In this document: piece by piece, positions 40,955 to 49,740 of the stretch
Layout: the number at the start of each line of letters is the position of its first letter
Numbering within the stretch: the stretch's first letter is position 1
NCBI GenBank assembly: GCA_965602015.1
Contig: OZ271918.1
Location: 736,001 to 800,000 of the forward strand
Reading direction: 5' to 3'
Source: Salinispira sp.
Lineage (GTDB): Bacteria > Spirochaetota > Spirochaetia > DSM-27196 > Salinispiraceae
DNA: 64,000 nt
Made by a program: the position numbers and the translations under genes
Notes under the pieces: generated by a model
What the model was told of the DNA's origin: nothing
What the model saw: only the letters and a program-made list of their open reading frames with translations
Database searches by the model: none

Positions 40955-41269
40955 GTGTTTGAGAGTATTGCTTTTGGAATTTCCTTTGTCAGCACCCTGA
41001 TACTGATTCCTCAGCTGGCATTTAGGAAGATGACCTGTGCCATTCACAGCCATCTAGTGAAAGATAATATTTTGCCGGCGGATATGGCCAGGGCTTCCGA
41101 GATCAACTACCGCCTCCGCCGAATTTCCCGGCTTGATTCGGGCTGGGGTGCCAGACATTGGCTTTTTTCCATCGATGTGCGCCACCGCGGCGCGGTCTAC
41201 CCCATGACTTCCGCAATCGACGGGCGCTGCCAACACCGCGATGCCGTCGATTGGTCAAAACATTCCTGA
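40955..41269 (+). CDS. Small hypothetical protein with an N-terminal hydrophobic segment
   Basis: RBS AGGAG before GTG; fills the gap between trmB and the convergent ABC ATPase. Confidence 0.5.
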   Translation: MFESIAFGISFVSTLILIPQLAFRKMTCAIHSHLVKDNILPADMARASEINYRLRRISRLDSGWGARHWLFSIDVRHRGAVYPMTSAIDGRCQHRDAVDWSKHS

Positions 41270-42079
41270 CTAAATTACATAATCCATTGAATCAGCCATT
41301 TCGCGGTGGAGCCCCTGGCGGCGGAAAATAAGCTCAGGGGACTCGGGGTCCCGCGGGCGGGGTAGGTCAACGGAGATTTCCCGCACCACGGTCGACGGGC
41401 TTCCGGATAAAATCAAGATGCGGTCGGCCAGCACCAGGGCTTCTTCAGTATCGTGGGTTACCATGAGGGCGGGAATACGAGTCGCGCTCACCAGCGATAC
41501 CAGCTCGCCCTGGAGCCTGATACGGGTGGCACGGTCCAGGGCGCTGAAGGGTTCGTCCAGGAGCAGGAGCTCCGGTTCGGCGGCCAGGGCCCGGGCTATG
41601 GAGACCCGCTGCCGTTGTCCCCCGGAGAGCTGCCTCGGCCAGCGGTTTTCCAAACCCTGAAGCCCCAGGTCGGTCAGAAGGCCATCGGCCCTGAGGATTC
41701 GCCGATTCCGCCGCTCCCTGTGTGTTGGATAATGCATTCCGCCGTCCCTGCGGTTCCCCGGGGCCTTGTCCTGCATCCCTGTCATAACGTTTCGCCGGGC
41801 GTCGAGCCACGGGAATAGCCTTGGCTCCTGGAATACGAATCCGATTCTCCCGGCAAATGAACTCCTGCCTTCCTCAGCCGGTGACGTGGAATCCCTGACA
41901 TCGGGAAGCAGGCCGGCAATGTGTCGGAGAAGGGTAGACTTTCCGGCCCCCGACGCACCGAGTACGACGCAGAGCTCGCCGGGTATCAGATCAATTGTGA
42001 TATTCCGAAGGATTTCCCTACTGCTGCCCTCGTTTCCAAGGTGCACGCTGGAAAGCGATACACTTATTCGGCGGTCCAT
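41270..42079 (-). CDS. ABC transporter ATP-binding protein (NitT/TauT, SsuB-like)
   Basis: GASGAGKST, FQEPRLFPW, LSGGQRQR and LLDEPFSALD motifs. Confidence 0.92.
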   Translation of the reverse strand: MDRRISVSLSSVHLGNEGSSREILRNITIDLIPGELCVVLGASGAGKSTLLRHIAGLLPDVRDSTSPAEEGRSSFAGRIGFVFQEPRLFPWLDARRNVMTGMQDKAPGNRRDGGMHYPTHRERRNRRILRADGLLTDLGLQGLENRWPRQLSGGQRQRVSIARALAAEPELLLLDEPFSALDRATRIRLQGELVSLVSATRIPALMVTHDTEEALVLADRILILSGSPSTVVREISVDLPRPRDPESPELIFRRQGLHREMADSMDYVI

Positions 42080-42867
42080 CGCAAAACCCTCCGTTTTATC
42101 AGGCTAAAAATCACATCGACCGCGGTATACAGCCCGGCGATGGTGATCATGTACACCAGAACCACATCGGTTGCCAAAAGTCCCGCGGCCTGGTTCATTC
42201 GCTGACCGATTCCGTCAACTCCAAACAGTTCGGACGCAACCACAGCCATCCAGCCCATGCCCAACGCGGTGTGCAGGGCGGTCATTACCCCCGGCAGGGA
42301 CTCGGGAATGGCTACACGCAGCAGGTAGGGCAACGGTGAGCCAAAGCCAAAGACCCGGCTGACTTCCCTGAGCTCCGCCGAACAGCGCTCCATGGAACCG
42401 GCTGTCCCCAGGCAGGTAATCCAGAATACTCCTATTAATATGATAAACGCCGAGGCCCAATGACTGATGCCGAACCAGATAATGCTGAAGGGTATCCAGG
42501 CCAGGGGCGGTATGGGCCGGAGAATCCGGATCAGTCCGGAGCTGAAGGACCGGAAACCCGGTGATATTCCCATGATAAAGCCCGTGCTGATTCCCGCCGC
42601 CGAGCCGATTGCCACTCCCGGCAGGTAGTGGATCAGGCTCTGTAGTACTTTTTGCCCCCAGATTCCCAACGGTGCCGATGGTCCGGCGCCCAGGTGAAGT
42701 TCCCGCAACCAGGCTGCGGGTACGGCGCTCGGCGGTGGGACCAGGGTTCGGGGAAAGAGTCCGGAGACTACGGATAGCTCCCAAATCAGCAGGAATGAGG
42801 CTATCCCCGCAGCCGGCAATGCGAACGAGCTAATCTGACGCTTCAGTTGTCTCGAAATAGCTGACAT
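42064..42867 (-). CDS. ABC transporter permease (SsuC/TauC-like)
   Basis: RPIPPLAWIP and WMAVVASE...GIG motifs; start uncertain. Confidence 0.88.
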   Translation of the reverse strand: MSAISRQLKRQISSFALPAAGIASFLLIWELSVVSGLFPRTLVPPPSAVPAAWLRELHLGAGPSAPLGIWGQKVLQSLIHYLPGVAIGSAAGISTGFIMGISPGFRSFSSGLIRILRPIPPLAWIPFSIIWFGISHWASAFIILIGVFWITCLGTAGSMERCSAELREVSRVFGFGSPLPYLLRVAIPESLPGVMTALHTALGMGWMAVVASELFGVDGIGQRMNQAAGLLATDVVLVYMITIAGLYTAVDVIFSLIKRRVLRWTAE

Positions 42868-43876
42868 CAATGAGTTCCTCAATATCCACCTCGGCGGCGA
42901 GGGTGCCGATCTCTACCTGAAAACGTTGCATCTCGGCGGTCGATTCGAGAATGATCCGGGGATCGGCCACAAAGGAATCCCGGCTTGAGCGCAGCGCCGA
43001 CTCAATTATTTGCGGATCCACGAGGCCATCCCCGATGGCTCCGGCAATTATCTCAGAGGCTTGCCCGGGCTCATCCCGGATAAAATCCGTTGCCCTGCGG
43101 ATCAATCGAACAAGCCGCTCTCCCAGGTCGGGATACTCATCAAAAAGAGGGCTGCGCACCGCAAGCACCGCACCCGGCTGGCGGGGAAAGAGCTGGCTTC
43201 CCCGGGCAAGCACCCGGGATCCCGGTTCTGCGTTGGAAACAATGGATACGATGGGCTCGAGGGTGCTTGCGCCGTCGACCGCCCCGCTGAGCATGGCCTG
43301 CTGGACCGCATTCGCCCCCATGCCGAGTATTTCCACATCCTCGGTGCCCACCTGCAGCACGTTTTCCAGCCAGTACATCAGTACTACATGAGGTACGCTC
43401 CCCTCCTGGAAGGTGGCGATTTTCGCCCTTCGTCCGTTTTCTTCCCTGAATCGACGGAAGACTCCCGCAGGATCTCTTTCATCCCAGTGCATAGCGAGAT
43501 TGTCCCGGGCAATAAAGGACATTTGCTCAATAATAAGCGAGGTAATGACGGCAATGTCCTGGCCGCGGCTTCTGGACACCATCGCCGGTCCGATACCGAA
43601 AAACATGATATCCAGATTGCCCGATGCCACCGCCTGAACCATGGCCGGTCCTGACTGGAACATGTTCTGATTGAGTACCAGGCCCTCTTCCCGGTCCCAG
43701 CCCTTTTCGGAGATGATAAAAAACTGGGAGACCGGGAGAATCGGCATCACCCCTGCTTCAAGACTGAGCAGTTCAGGGCTCGTCTCCGCCTGCTCGCCGC
43801 TCCCCGCGGCACCAAGGGCAGCAGTTGTTATGAAAAACATCAGCAAGGTCAGAATGATAGTTCTCATCCGGGGCAT
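42830..43876 (-). CDS. ABC transporter substrate-binding protein (SsuA/NMT1-like)
   Basis: Signal peptide; FQSGPAMVQAVASGNLD and SGAVDG...EP motifs; RBS GGAGG before ATG 43876. Confidence 0.88.
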   Translation of the reverse strand: MPRMRTIILTLLMFFITTAALGAAGSGEQAETSPELLSLEAGVMPILPVSQFFIISEKGWDREEGLVLNQNMFQSGPAMVQAVASGNLDIMFFGIGPAMVSRSRGQDIAVITSLIIEQMSFIARDNLAMHWDERDPAGVFRRFREENGRRAKIATFQEGSVPHVVLMYWLENVLQVGTEDVEILGMGANAVQQAMLSGAVDGASTLEPIVSIVSNAEPGSRVLARGSQLFPRQPGAVLAVRSPLFDEYPDLGERLVRLIRRATDFIRDEPGQASEIIAGAIGDGLVDPQIIESALRSSRDSFVADPRIILESTAEMQRFQVEIGTLAAEVDIEELIDVSYFETTEASD

Positions 43877-44057
43877 AGTATCCTCCAATAGCCAGGTTTA
43901 TTTGCTTGCTTAAACCTAACTAAGTAAAGTTGTAAAGTCAAGAATGAAGGTGTAAAAAAGGCAGCCTCGAGGCCGCCTATTCGTGAGTAAAAAATGCCGT
44001 GCCCCGAAAACAGCTGATTTAAATCACCAAAACACTTCGGCGAAAAAGGGGCCAAAC

Positions 44058-45011
44058 TCAGTGAGAGACGATGACCGTGCCCGCCTCTCCCCGTATTGCC
44101 GAGGGCAAACTGTCCACATCGGTGATGATAACCTTGTTGCCCGGATCGGCCTGGACAAACTCAATTGCCGCTCCGATTTTTGGTCCCATAGAGCCTGCGG
44201 GGAACTGGCCTTGACGCTGATAATGCCGGGCCTGCGCAAGGGTTATGCGGCTCAGGTCCTTCTGATCTGCCTTGCCGAAATTAATCGATACCCGGGGAAC
44301 CCCGGTGATAATAATAAGCTCATGGGCCCCCACCGCCAGGGCAAGCTTCATGCTCGCCAGATCCTTGTCGATGACGCAGTCCAGCCCTTCGATCAGCCCG
44401 TTTTCATCCCAGTACACCGGAATACCGCCCCCGCCCCCGGAGATGACCACATAATCTTCGTCGATGAGGTGCCTGATTGAGTCCTTCTCAATAATATCAA
44501 GCGGGTAGGGCGATGCCACGTATCGCCGCCAACCGCGACCCGCGTCTTCCTTAACCACCCAGCCGTGTTCTTTTGCAAGCTTCCTGGCTTCGGCTTCATC
44601 GTAAAACGGACCGATGGGTTTGGTGGGGTCCTCCATGGCCGGATCGGCGGGGTCGACCACGACCTGGGCCGGTATGGTAACCACATTCCGCCAAATCCCG
44701 TTTTGAATCATGGTGTTCTGCAGGCTTTGCTCGATCATATAGCCGATTGAACCGCAGGTCATGGCATCGGCAACTCCCAGTGGAGTTTCCGGAAGGGAAT
44801 TTCGTGAATTTTCCACCATGAGCATAATATTGCCCACCTGGGGACCGTTTCCGTGGGTGATTAGCAGGCGATAGTCGGATTTCAGCAGCTCGGCCAGACC
44901 AGCCATGGAATCCCGTGTGGCCTGAAACTGGGCGTGAATATCGCTTCCCCGTTTTTTGTCGAGAATGGCATTTCCCCCCAGGGCGACCACTGCAAGGCGC
45001 TTTTCTTCCAT
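44058..45011 (-). CDS. arcC: Carbamate kinase
   Basis: VALGGNA, THGNGPQVG, PTKPIGPFY, DAGRGWRR.VASP, IDKD and GSMGPK motifs. Confidence 0.96.
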   Translation of the reverse strand: MEEKRLAVVALGGNAILDKKRGSDIHAQFQATRDSMAGLAELLKSDYRLLITHGNGPQVGNIMLMVENSRNSLPETPLGVADAMTCGSIGYMIEQSLQNTMIQNGIWRNVVTIPAQVVVDPADPAMEDPTKPIGPFYDEAEARKLAKEHGWVVKEDAGRGWRRYVASPYPLDIIEKDSIRHLIDEDYVVISGGGGGIPVYWDENGLIEGLDCVIDKDLASMKLALAVGAHELIIITGVPRVSINFGKADQKDLSRITLAQARHYQRQGQFPAGSMGPKIGAAIEFVQADPGNKVIITDVDSLPSAIRGEAGTVIVSH

Positions 45012-45065
45012 ACCGGCTCCTTTTGGAAAAAAATATGCCGGCGGATTATAATGCCGGCGCAGTTA

Positions 45066-45083
45066 TTACTACTTTGATAGTAA
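45066..45083. promoter_or_regulatory. Putative TrmB operator 2 (arcC)
   Basis: TTACTACTTTGATAGTAA, 4 bp downstream of the minus-strand -10 element. Confidence 0.7.
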
Positions 45084-45087
45084 AAAT

Positions 45088-45117
45088 ACTATAGTCCCTG
45101 GAAAGCTCTGCTGTCAA
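45088..45117 (-). promoter_or_regulatory. Sigma70-type promoter of arcC
   Basis: Minus-strand TTGACA (45117-45112), 18-bp spacer, TATAGT (45093-45088). Confidence 0.6.
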
Positions 45118-45142
45118 TGAAATACTGTTTTTCGGTGGGGAC

Positions 45143-46840
45143 TCAGGTTATGAGTTGGTGTTGGAGAAACTCTTTTGAGTATGTTGTACAGAAACCATAG
45201 AGTTCCTCCCAGGAATCCAGTAGCTCGGCGTAGTTGTGGAGATAGCCCACGAGCGCAGAAAAATCTGCGGTTTCATCGGGAAGCCAGAAATTCGGCTCAT
45301 CGGCCAGTTCATCGAGAAATGCCATTGCCGCCCGGCAGTCGGCTACCCAACTCGACGGCGAATCATAATTATCCAGGGCTTGTTCAATAAGCCGCTTTCT
45401 CCCCGCCAGCGCCTGGAAAACCAGTTCGTCAAACAGGCCTTCCAGCTCATGCGCCGGCCATTGCAGAATGGCCTGAAGTTCGCCGCTCAGGAGTTTGAAG
45501 CCTTGTCCCAGTTCCCCGGCATCCCGGACTGCGAATCCCAACAGGAGCCGGATGAGGTCGTTGAGCCCCGGTCTTATCATCAGGGTGTCGATTGTGCCGC
45601 TTGTTTCCGCCGTGCGATGGCGCACGGCATAATCGGGCGTAAATGTGTAGGCCGAGGGCAGCAGATATCTCAGACTGGATCCCCACAGGCCGTCGGCATT
45701 TCTCCCCCTGGGGCTGAAGGGCGGCAGAACCGGAGAGGGGTTGAGAAGCAGATAGCCGCCCATCAGGCTGCCGTACCCGGCATGAGGATTGACGGGGTTC
45801 CGAAAAATCAGAGCGCTTTCCCGGCAGGATAAATATTCCTGATCGGTTTTATACCTTCTGCTGAATTCATTCCTGCCATAGAGGAGAAATGCATATGACG
45901 GCGACCCCGATACTCCCCAGTAGGGGTGCGAAAGTACCGCGACCTTTCCCTTGCCGCTGAGGGCGTCTTGAATGAGGGTGAACCGGGCTTCTGACAGATC
46001 GAGGGTCTCATGCCCCGATAAAAAACTGTTCACTGTTTCTCCGCCGGCAAAGCCGTACAACTCTTCCGGCATTATCTCCTCGCCCATTGTTTCAAGACCC
46101 TCCCAGTCCGATGCGCTTACCGCATGCACCGGTCTCCCTGTTGATGACAGGGAAAGGCAATTTTTGCCTCCGGCGAGTAGCTTTAGCCTTCGAAAAACCG
46201 GATAGATGTCATCGTCGGTCATGGCGATTTTGTCCCCCGCGCTTAGCAGCAGCAGGGTATTCCGATTACTTCCGTAAGCCTGAGAGGCGGTGTCTCCGTC
46301 GAGATTCAAGGCGAATCTGGCGCTCTGCTGCAATGCAGGAGGGAGACCTCGTATAAAGTCCTCCTGTGAAGACCGATGTAGATATGCGACCTTCTCTCCG
46401 CTCTGCCGGGCAAAGCTCAGTGCCGCCGAGCGCACCTGCGATGAATAGACCAGCGAATCGTCACTGATAATCCAGGATAGCTTATGACCGAGGCTTTGAT
46501 GGTGGCCCTTCCATGACCTGAGATGCTGCTCGAGCTGTTTGGGCCGGTCTTTGGTGGGGATGCAGTGATACGCCAATGAAGCCGCAGGAGTCTCAACGCT
46601 TTTCGCGCTGGCATCGACCAGATCCGCTAACGCAACTACCGAGCCGTTTTTCTCTAACTCATCGATGCAAGACTGAAGTCCGCTGATGCTCTCTTGAGGC
46701 CAGTTTTGAGATTCCAGAATTGATGATAACTGCTTTATGCTGCGCGGTGTTGTGAGGTGGGTGCGAATCTCCTCAAGCATTGGTTCGCTTGAGGAGATAG
46801 TTGTTGAAACATAGCAGGCGCCCTGCGGTAGGTAGTTCAA
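45143..46840 (-). CDS. Hypothetical protein with a GT-A (GT2-like) glycosyltransferase core
   Basis: CIPTKDRP..L, IISDDS, YGSNRN and AMTDDD (DxD) resemble GT-A nucleotide-sugar-binding motifs; TTG start uncertain. Confidence 0.55.
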   Translation of the reverse strand: MNYLPQGACYVSTTISSSEPMLEEIRTHLTTPRSIKQLSSILESQNWPQESISGLQSCIDELEKNGSVVALADLVDASAKSVETPAASLAYHCIPTKDRPKQLEQHLRSWKGHHQSLGHKLSWIISDDSLVYSSQVRSAALSFARQSGEKVAYLHRSSQEDFIRGLPPALQQSARFALNLDGDTASQAYGSNRNTLLLLSAGDKIAMTDDDIYPVFRRLKLLAGGKNCLSLSSTGRPVHAVSASDWEGLETMGEEIMPEELYGFAGGETVNSFLSGHETLDLSEARFTLIQDALSGKGKVAVLSHPYWGVSGSPSYAFLLYGRNEFSRRYKTDQEYLSCRESALIFRNPVNPHAGYGSLMGGYLLLNPSPVLPPFSPRGRNADGLWGSSLRYLLPSAYTFTPDYAVRHRTAETSGTIDTLMIRPGLNDLIRLLLGFAVRDAGELGQGFKLLSGELQAILQWPAHELEGLFDELVFQALAGRKRLIEQALDNYDSPSSWVADCRAAMAFLDELADEPNFWLPDETADFSALVGYLHNYAELLDSWEELYGFCTTYSKEFLQHQLIT

Positions 46841-46858
46841 CCGTTGTGGTCTATATGC

Positions 46859-47503
46859 CTACCAACCGCTGTTGCCCTCGGAAACCCCGTACACTTCGAA
46901 AACAAAATCGAAATCTTCCGCTGTGCCGTCGACGAATATGCGGAAACGGCGTCGCAGCAAGTAACCGAAGGTATTGATGTCATCATCTGAAAGGGTAATG
47001 GTAAAATCAGGTGACGACGCGCCGGCAGCCACGAGGGTACCGGTGGGTATTGCGGTAAAATCGCCGGTCAGGTCCGGGGAGGTTGGTGCAAAAAAATCCA
47101 GACTTCCGCCCTGAGTTGTCCTGGTCTCCAGATCGATATCAAATACCGGACTTCCCGAAAAGGTAATATCCTCATTTCCGTTATTGACAAAACGGAAGGT
47201 GTTCACAATATCAGGATCGAAATACCCAACATAGCCGAGATAGATTTGAGCGCCGGAGTAATACCTGGCCCCTGCCGCATCCTCGAGGTAGAAGGTTGGA
47301 CCGGGAAGTCCGTCGCTTCCGTCTGTACCGTCCGTACCGTTGAGTCCGTCTGCGCCGTCTATACCATTTAACCCCGCAGGACCCTCAGGACCGATGGGAC
47401 CTTCCGGACCGATGGGACCCTCCGGCAACTGAAAGATATCGCAACTTGCGACCAGCACACTTGCCATCACGAGAACGGCCAGTAACAACTTCCCTTTGTT
47501 CAT
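46859..47503 (-). CDS. Collagen-like lipoprotein
   Basis: Lipobox LVAS-C; 14 consecutive Gly-X-Y triplets (GPI GPE ... GLP GPT); beta-rich C-terminal domain; RBS GGAG. Confidence 0.85.
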   Translation of the reverse strand: MNKGKLLLAVLVMASVLVASCDIFQLPEGPIGPEGPIGPEGPAGLNGIDGADGLNGTDGTDGSDGLPGPTFYLEDAAGARYYSGAQIYLGYVGYFDPDIVNTFRFVNNGNEDITFSGSPVFDIDLETRTTQGGSLDFFAPTSPDLTGDFTAIPTGTLVAAGASSPDFTITLSDDDINTFGYLLRRRFRIFVDGTAEDFDFVFEVYGVSEGNSGW

Positions 47504-47790
47504 ACAAACTCCTCCAAATTTTCCCTCGTAAAGCTATTGAGGAGCTAATTCTTGGTCAAGTAAAAAGATAGTAGATTATTAAAATAATCGGAATTTTCAT
47601 CCATACGAGGTCCTGAAATCCTGTGATAATCAACATTAAATAGCGCAATTATACTGCATTCTCTGTTATTTACCGATTTAATCCATATGAACTACATTTC
47701 AAAAATAGTATGATTCCCGATGGCTGCCGGATTTTGCATGAGACAGCAAGTGGAGCGCTTGTGACAGTCCGGTTGCCGAAGGAGATAATT

Positions 47791-49740
47791 ATGCGAGTGA
47801 ATCGAAGTCTCCCGGGAACGCTTATGCTCATAGTCGCCTTATTATTGGCGTCTTGTGATATGTTTCCGGGGCTGGAAGGAGATGGCGGCGATCTGCTAAT
47901 TAGCATTAATGAGTCGGTTTCCCGGACTCTGCTGCCTGATATTTCAATGGATCCCCGTTCTTATCGAATCGATGGAACCGGACCTGCGGGCCAAGAGTTT
48001 TCTGTCGAAAGTGCCGACGAGCGCGTTCTGATTGAAGAGCTTATGTTCGGGGATTGGACGGTGACCGTGACGGCGATCAACGCCGACGGCACGGAAATCG
48101 GCAGGGGAGCCGCGGAGGTGACGGTGCGCAGTAATGAAACCGTAAGCACCTCCATCACTGTCACCCCGCTTGTGGGTTCCGGAACCCTCAGTCTGGAGGT
48201 GAACTGGAACGCGCCGGACATCCAGAGTCCGGAGATCCGGGCCGATTTGGTTCCGGTAACCGGCGATTCTCGCATCCTGGATTTTACCATCGTCGAAGGC
48301 CAGGGGCTGTTTTTTGCGGATGATATCGAAACCGGCTACCACAGCCTGATTCTTCAGCTATTTGATAACGGTCAGCTCGTTGCCGGTTTGGTTGAAGTTG
48401 TGCGGATTGTCCATGCGGAGCGTACGGAAGGGGTAATCGACTTTTACAGCATCAATCCCGCAACCGGCGGCCTCCAGGTTCAGGTTGAGCTTAATCTTCA
48501 AAACCCGCTTCACGTAAACATTGCCGCTCCGGCGCTTGAAAAGGCTGTAAACGAATCTATCGAACTACACTCGCATGTTTCCGATTATCCGGGGAATGTA
48601 ACGTATCTGTGGTACGTCAACGGCGAGGTTCAGGAAGCCGGGAGCAGTTATACCCTCGATGAAAGCTGGGAAGAAGGGTTTTATACGGTGAATGTCACCG
48701 CTTTTACCCCCGACGGCTTGAGGGCGGGAAGCGCCGGGGTCGACCTTACCGTCGCCGGTTTTTCAGGTCTGGATTTTGCAAATCCGAACAACTATGTCTC
48801 ACTGCCCGCATCGTACAGCAGGACCATGGAGTTCTGGGGTGATTTTGCGTACGTTTTTGATTCGAATAGAAGAGAACTAAAGGTGTACTCCCTACTGGAT
48901 CCTGACCTGCCTGCGCTGGCTCATCAGATTTCTACCGACGGCCTCGGGAATGTATATAACATGATTATCGTCGGCGATTATCTGTACCTCCCCCAGTATT
49001 GGGACAATACCATGGATACCTTCGATGTCGTCCGCTGTTTCGCTATACAGCCTGACGGTGGGCTTGACGAAATTGGCCCGGTTTTTTTCACCCCTGATTA
49101 TAGTCTCGGCCTCTCAACTGCACATTTTTTCCTGAGTGAGCAATACGGCGACATCTATCTATTTGAGCGGGGCTACAGCTACAGTCTACACAGATATGTC
49201 CAAGAGTCGGACGGCAGCCTGACGCTCCTCAGTACTTCTCAGCTGCCGGGGTTTGTACCCGAGCAGTCTCCAAGCCCTGGTTTCGCCGCGGGGAGCCTCC
49301 ATGTATCTACCTATCGGCGTAATCCCGACAATTCGATCTACTATTTCAACTACTTCTATGGCATATCAGAGAATGGAACGGTGAACCTTCACTCACGGTA
49401 TGAAGGGGTCGACATGGGGTATAGCAGGACGTCAGCCGGATCCTGGCAGGTGCTGAATTATAGCTACTCATATACTCTCGTGAATCCGGTGCTCGATGTC
49501 ATTACGTACCCAGAATTTACCGGATACAGCTATGAACGAGTTCAATCCGGTGACGGCGAATACCTGTTTACCCTGGCGTACGACCCAGTTCTTCAGAAGC
49601 GCTTGATACGCACACATCGGGTAAACGCTGACGGGAGTTTAGATATTCTCGGCCATGTCATTGATAAAACTCAGTCGGGCAGCATGGAAACAGCGGGCAT
49701 TCACAAAGGTCGGGTTTATTACACCGGAGGTTCTACATGA
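47791..49740 (+). CDS. Surface lipoprotein: beta-rich stalk plus a C-terminal propeller-like domain
   Basis: Lipobox LLAS-C after ATG 47791 (RBS AGGAG); N-terminal about 320 aa paralogous to the next gene; Tyr-rich repeats (GDFAYV, GDYLYL, GEYLFT). Confidence 0.75.
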   Translation: MRVNRSLPGTLMLIVALLLASCDMFPGLEGDGGDLLISINESVSRTLLPDISMDPRSYRIDGTGPAGQEFSVESADERVLIEELMFGDWTVTVTAINADGTEIGRGAAEVTVRSNETVSTSITVTPLVGSGTLSLEVNWNAPDIQSPEIRADLVPVTGDSRILDFTIVEGQGLFFADDIETGYHSLILQLFDNGQLVAGLVEVVRIVHAERTEGVIDFYSINPATGGLQVQVELNLQNPLHVNIAAPALEKAVNESIELHSHVSDYPGNVTYLWYVNGEVQEAGSSYTLDESWEEGFYTVNVTAFTPDGLRAGSAGVDLTVAGFSGLDFANPNNYVSLPASYSRTMEFWGDFAYVFDSNRRELKVYSLLDPDLPALAHQISTDGLGNVYNMIIVGDYLYLPQYWDNTMDTFDVVRCFAIQPDGGLDEIGPVFFTPDYSLGLSTAHFFLSEQYGDIYLFERGYSYSLHRYVQESDGSLTLLSTSQLPGFVPEQSPSPGFAAGSLHVSTYRRNPDNSIYYFNYFYGISENGTVNLHSRYEGVDMGYSRTSAGSWQVLNYSYSYTLVNPVLDVITYPEFTGYSYERVQSGDGEYLFTLAYDPVLQKRLIRTHRVNADGSLDILGHVIDKTQSGSMETAGIHKGRVYYTGGST

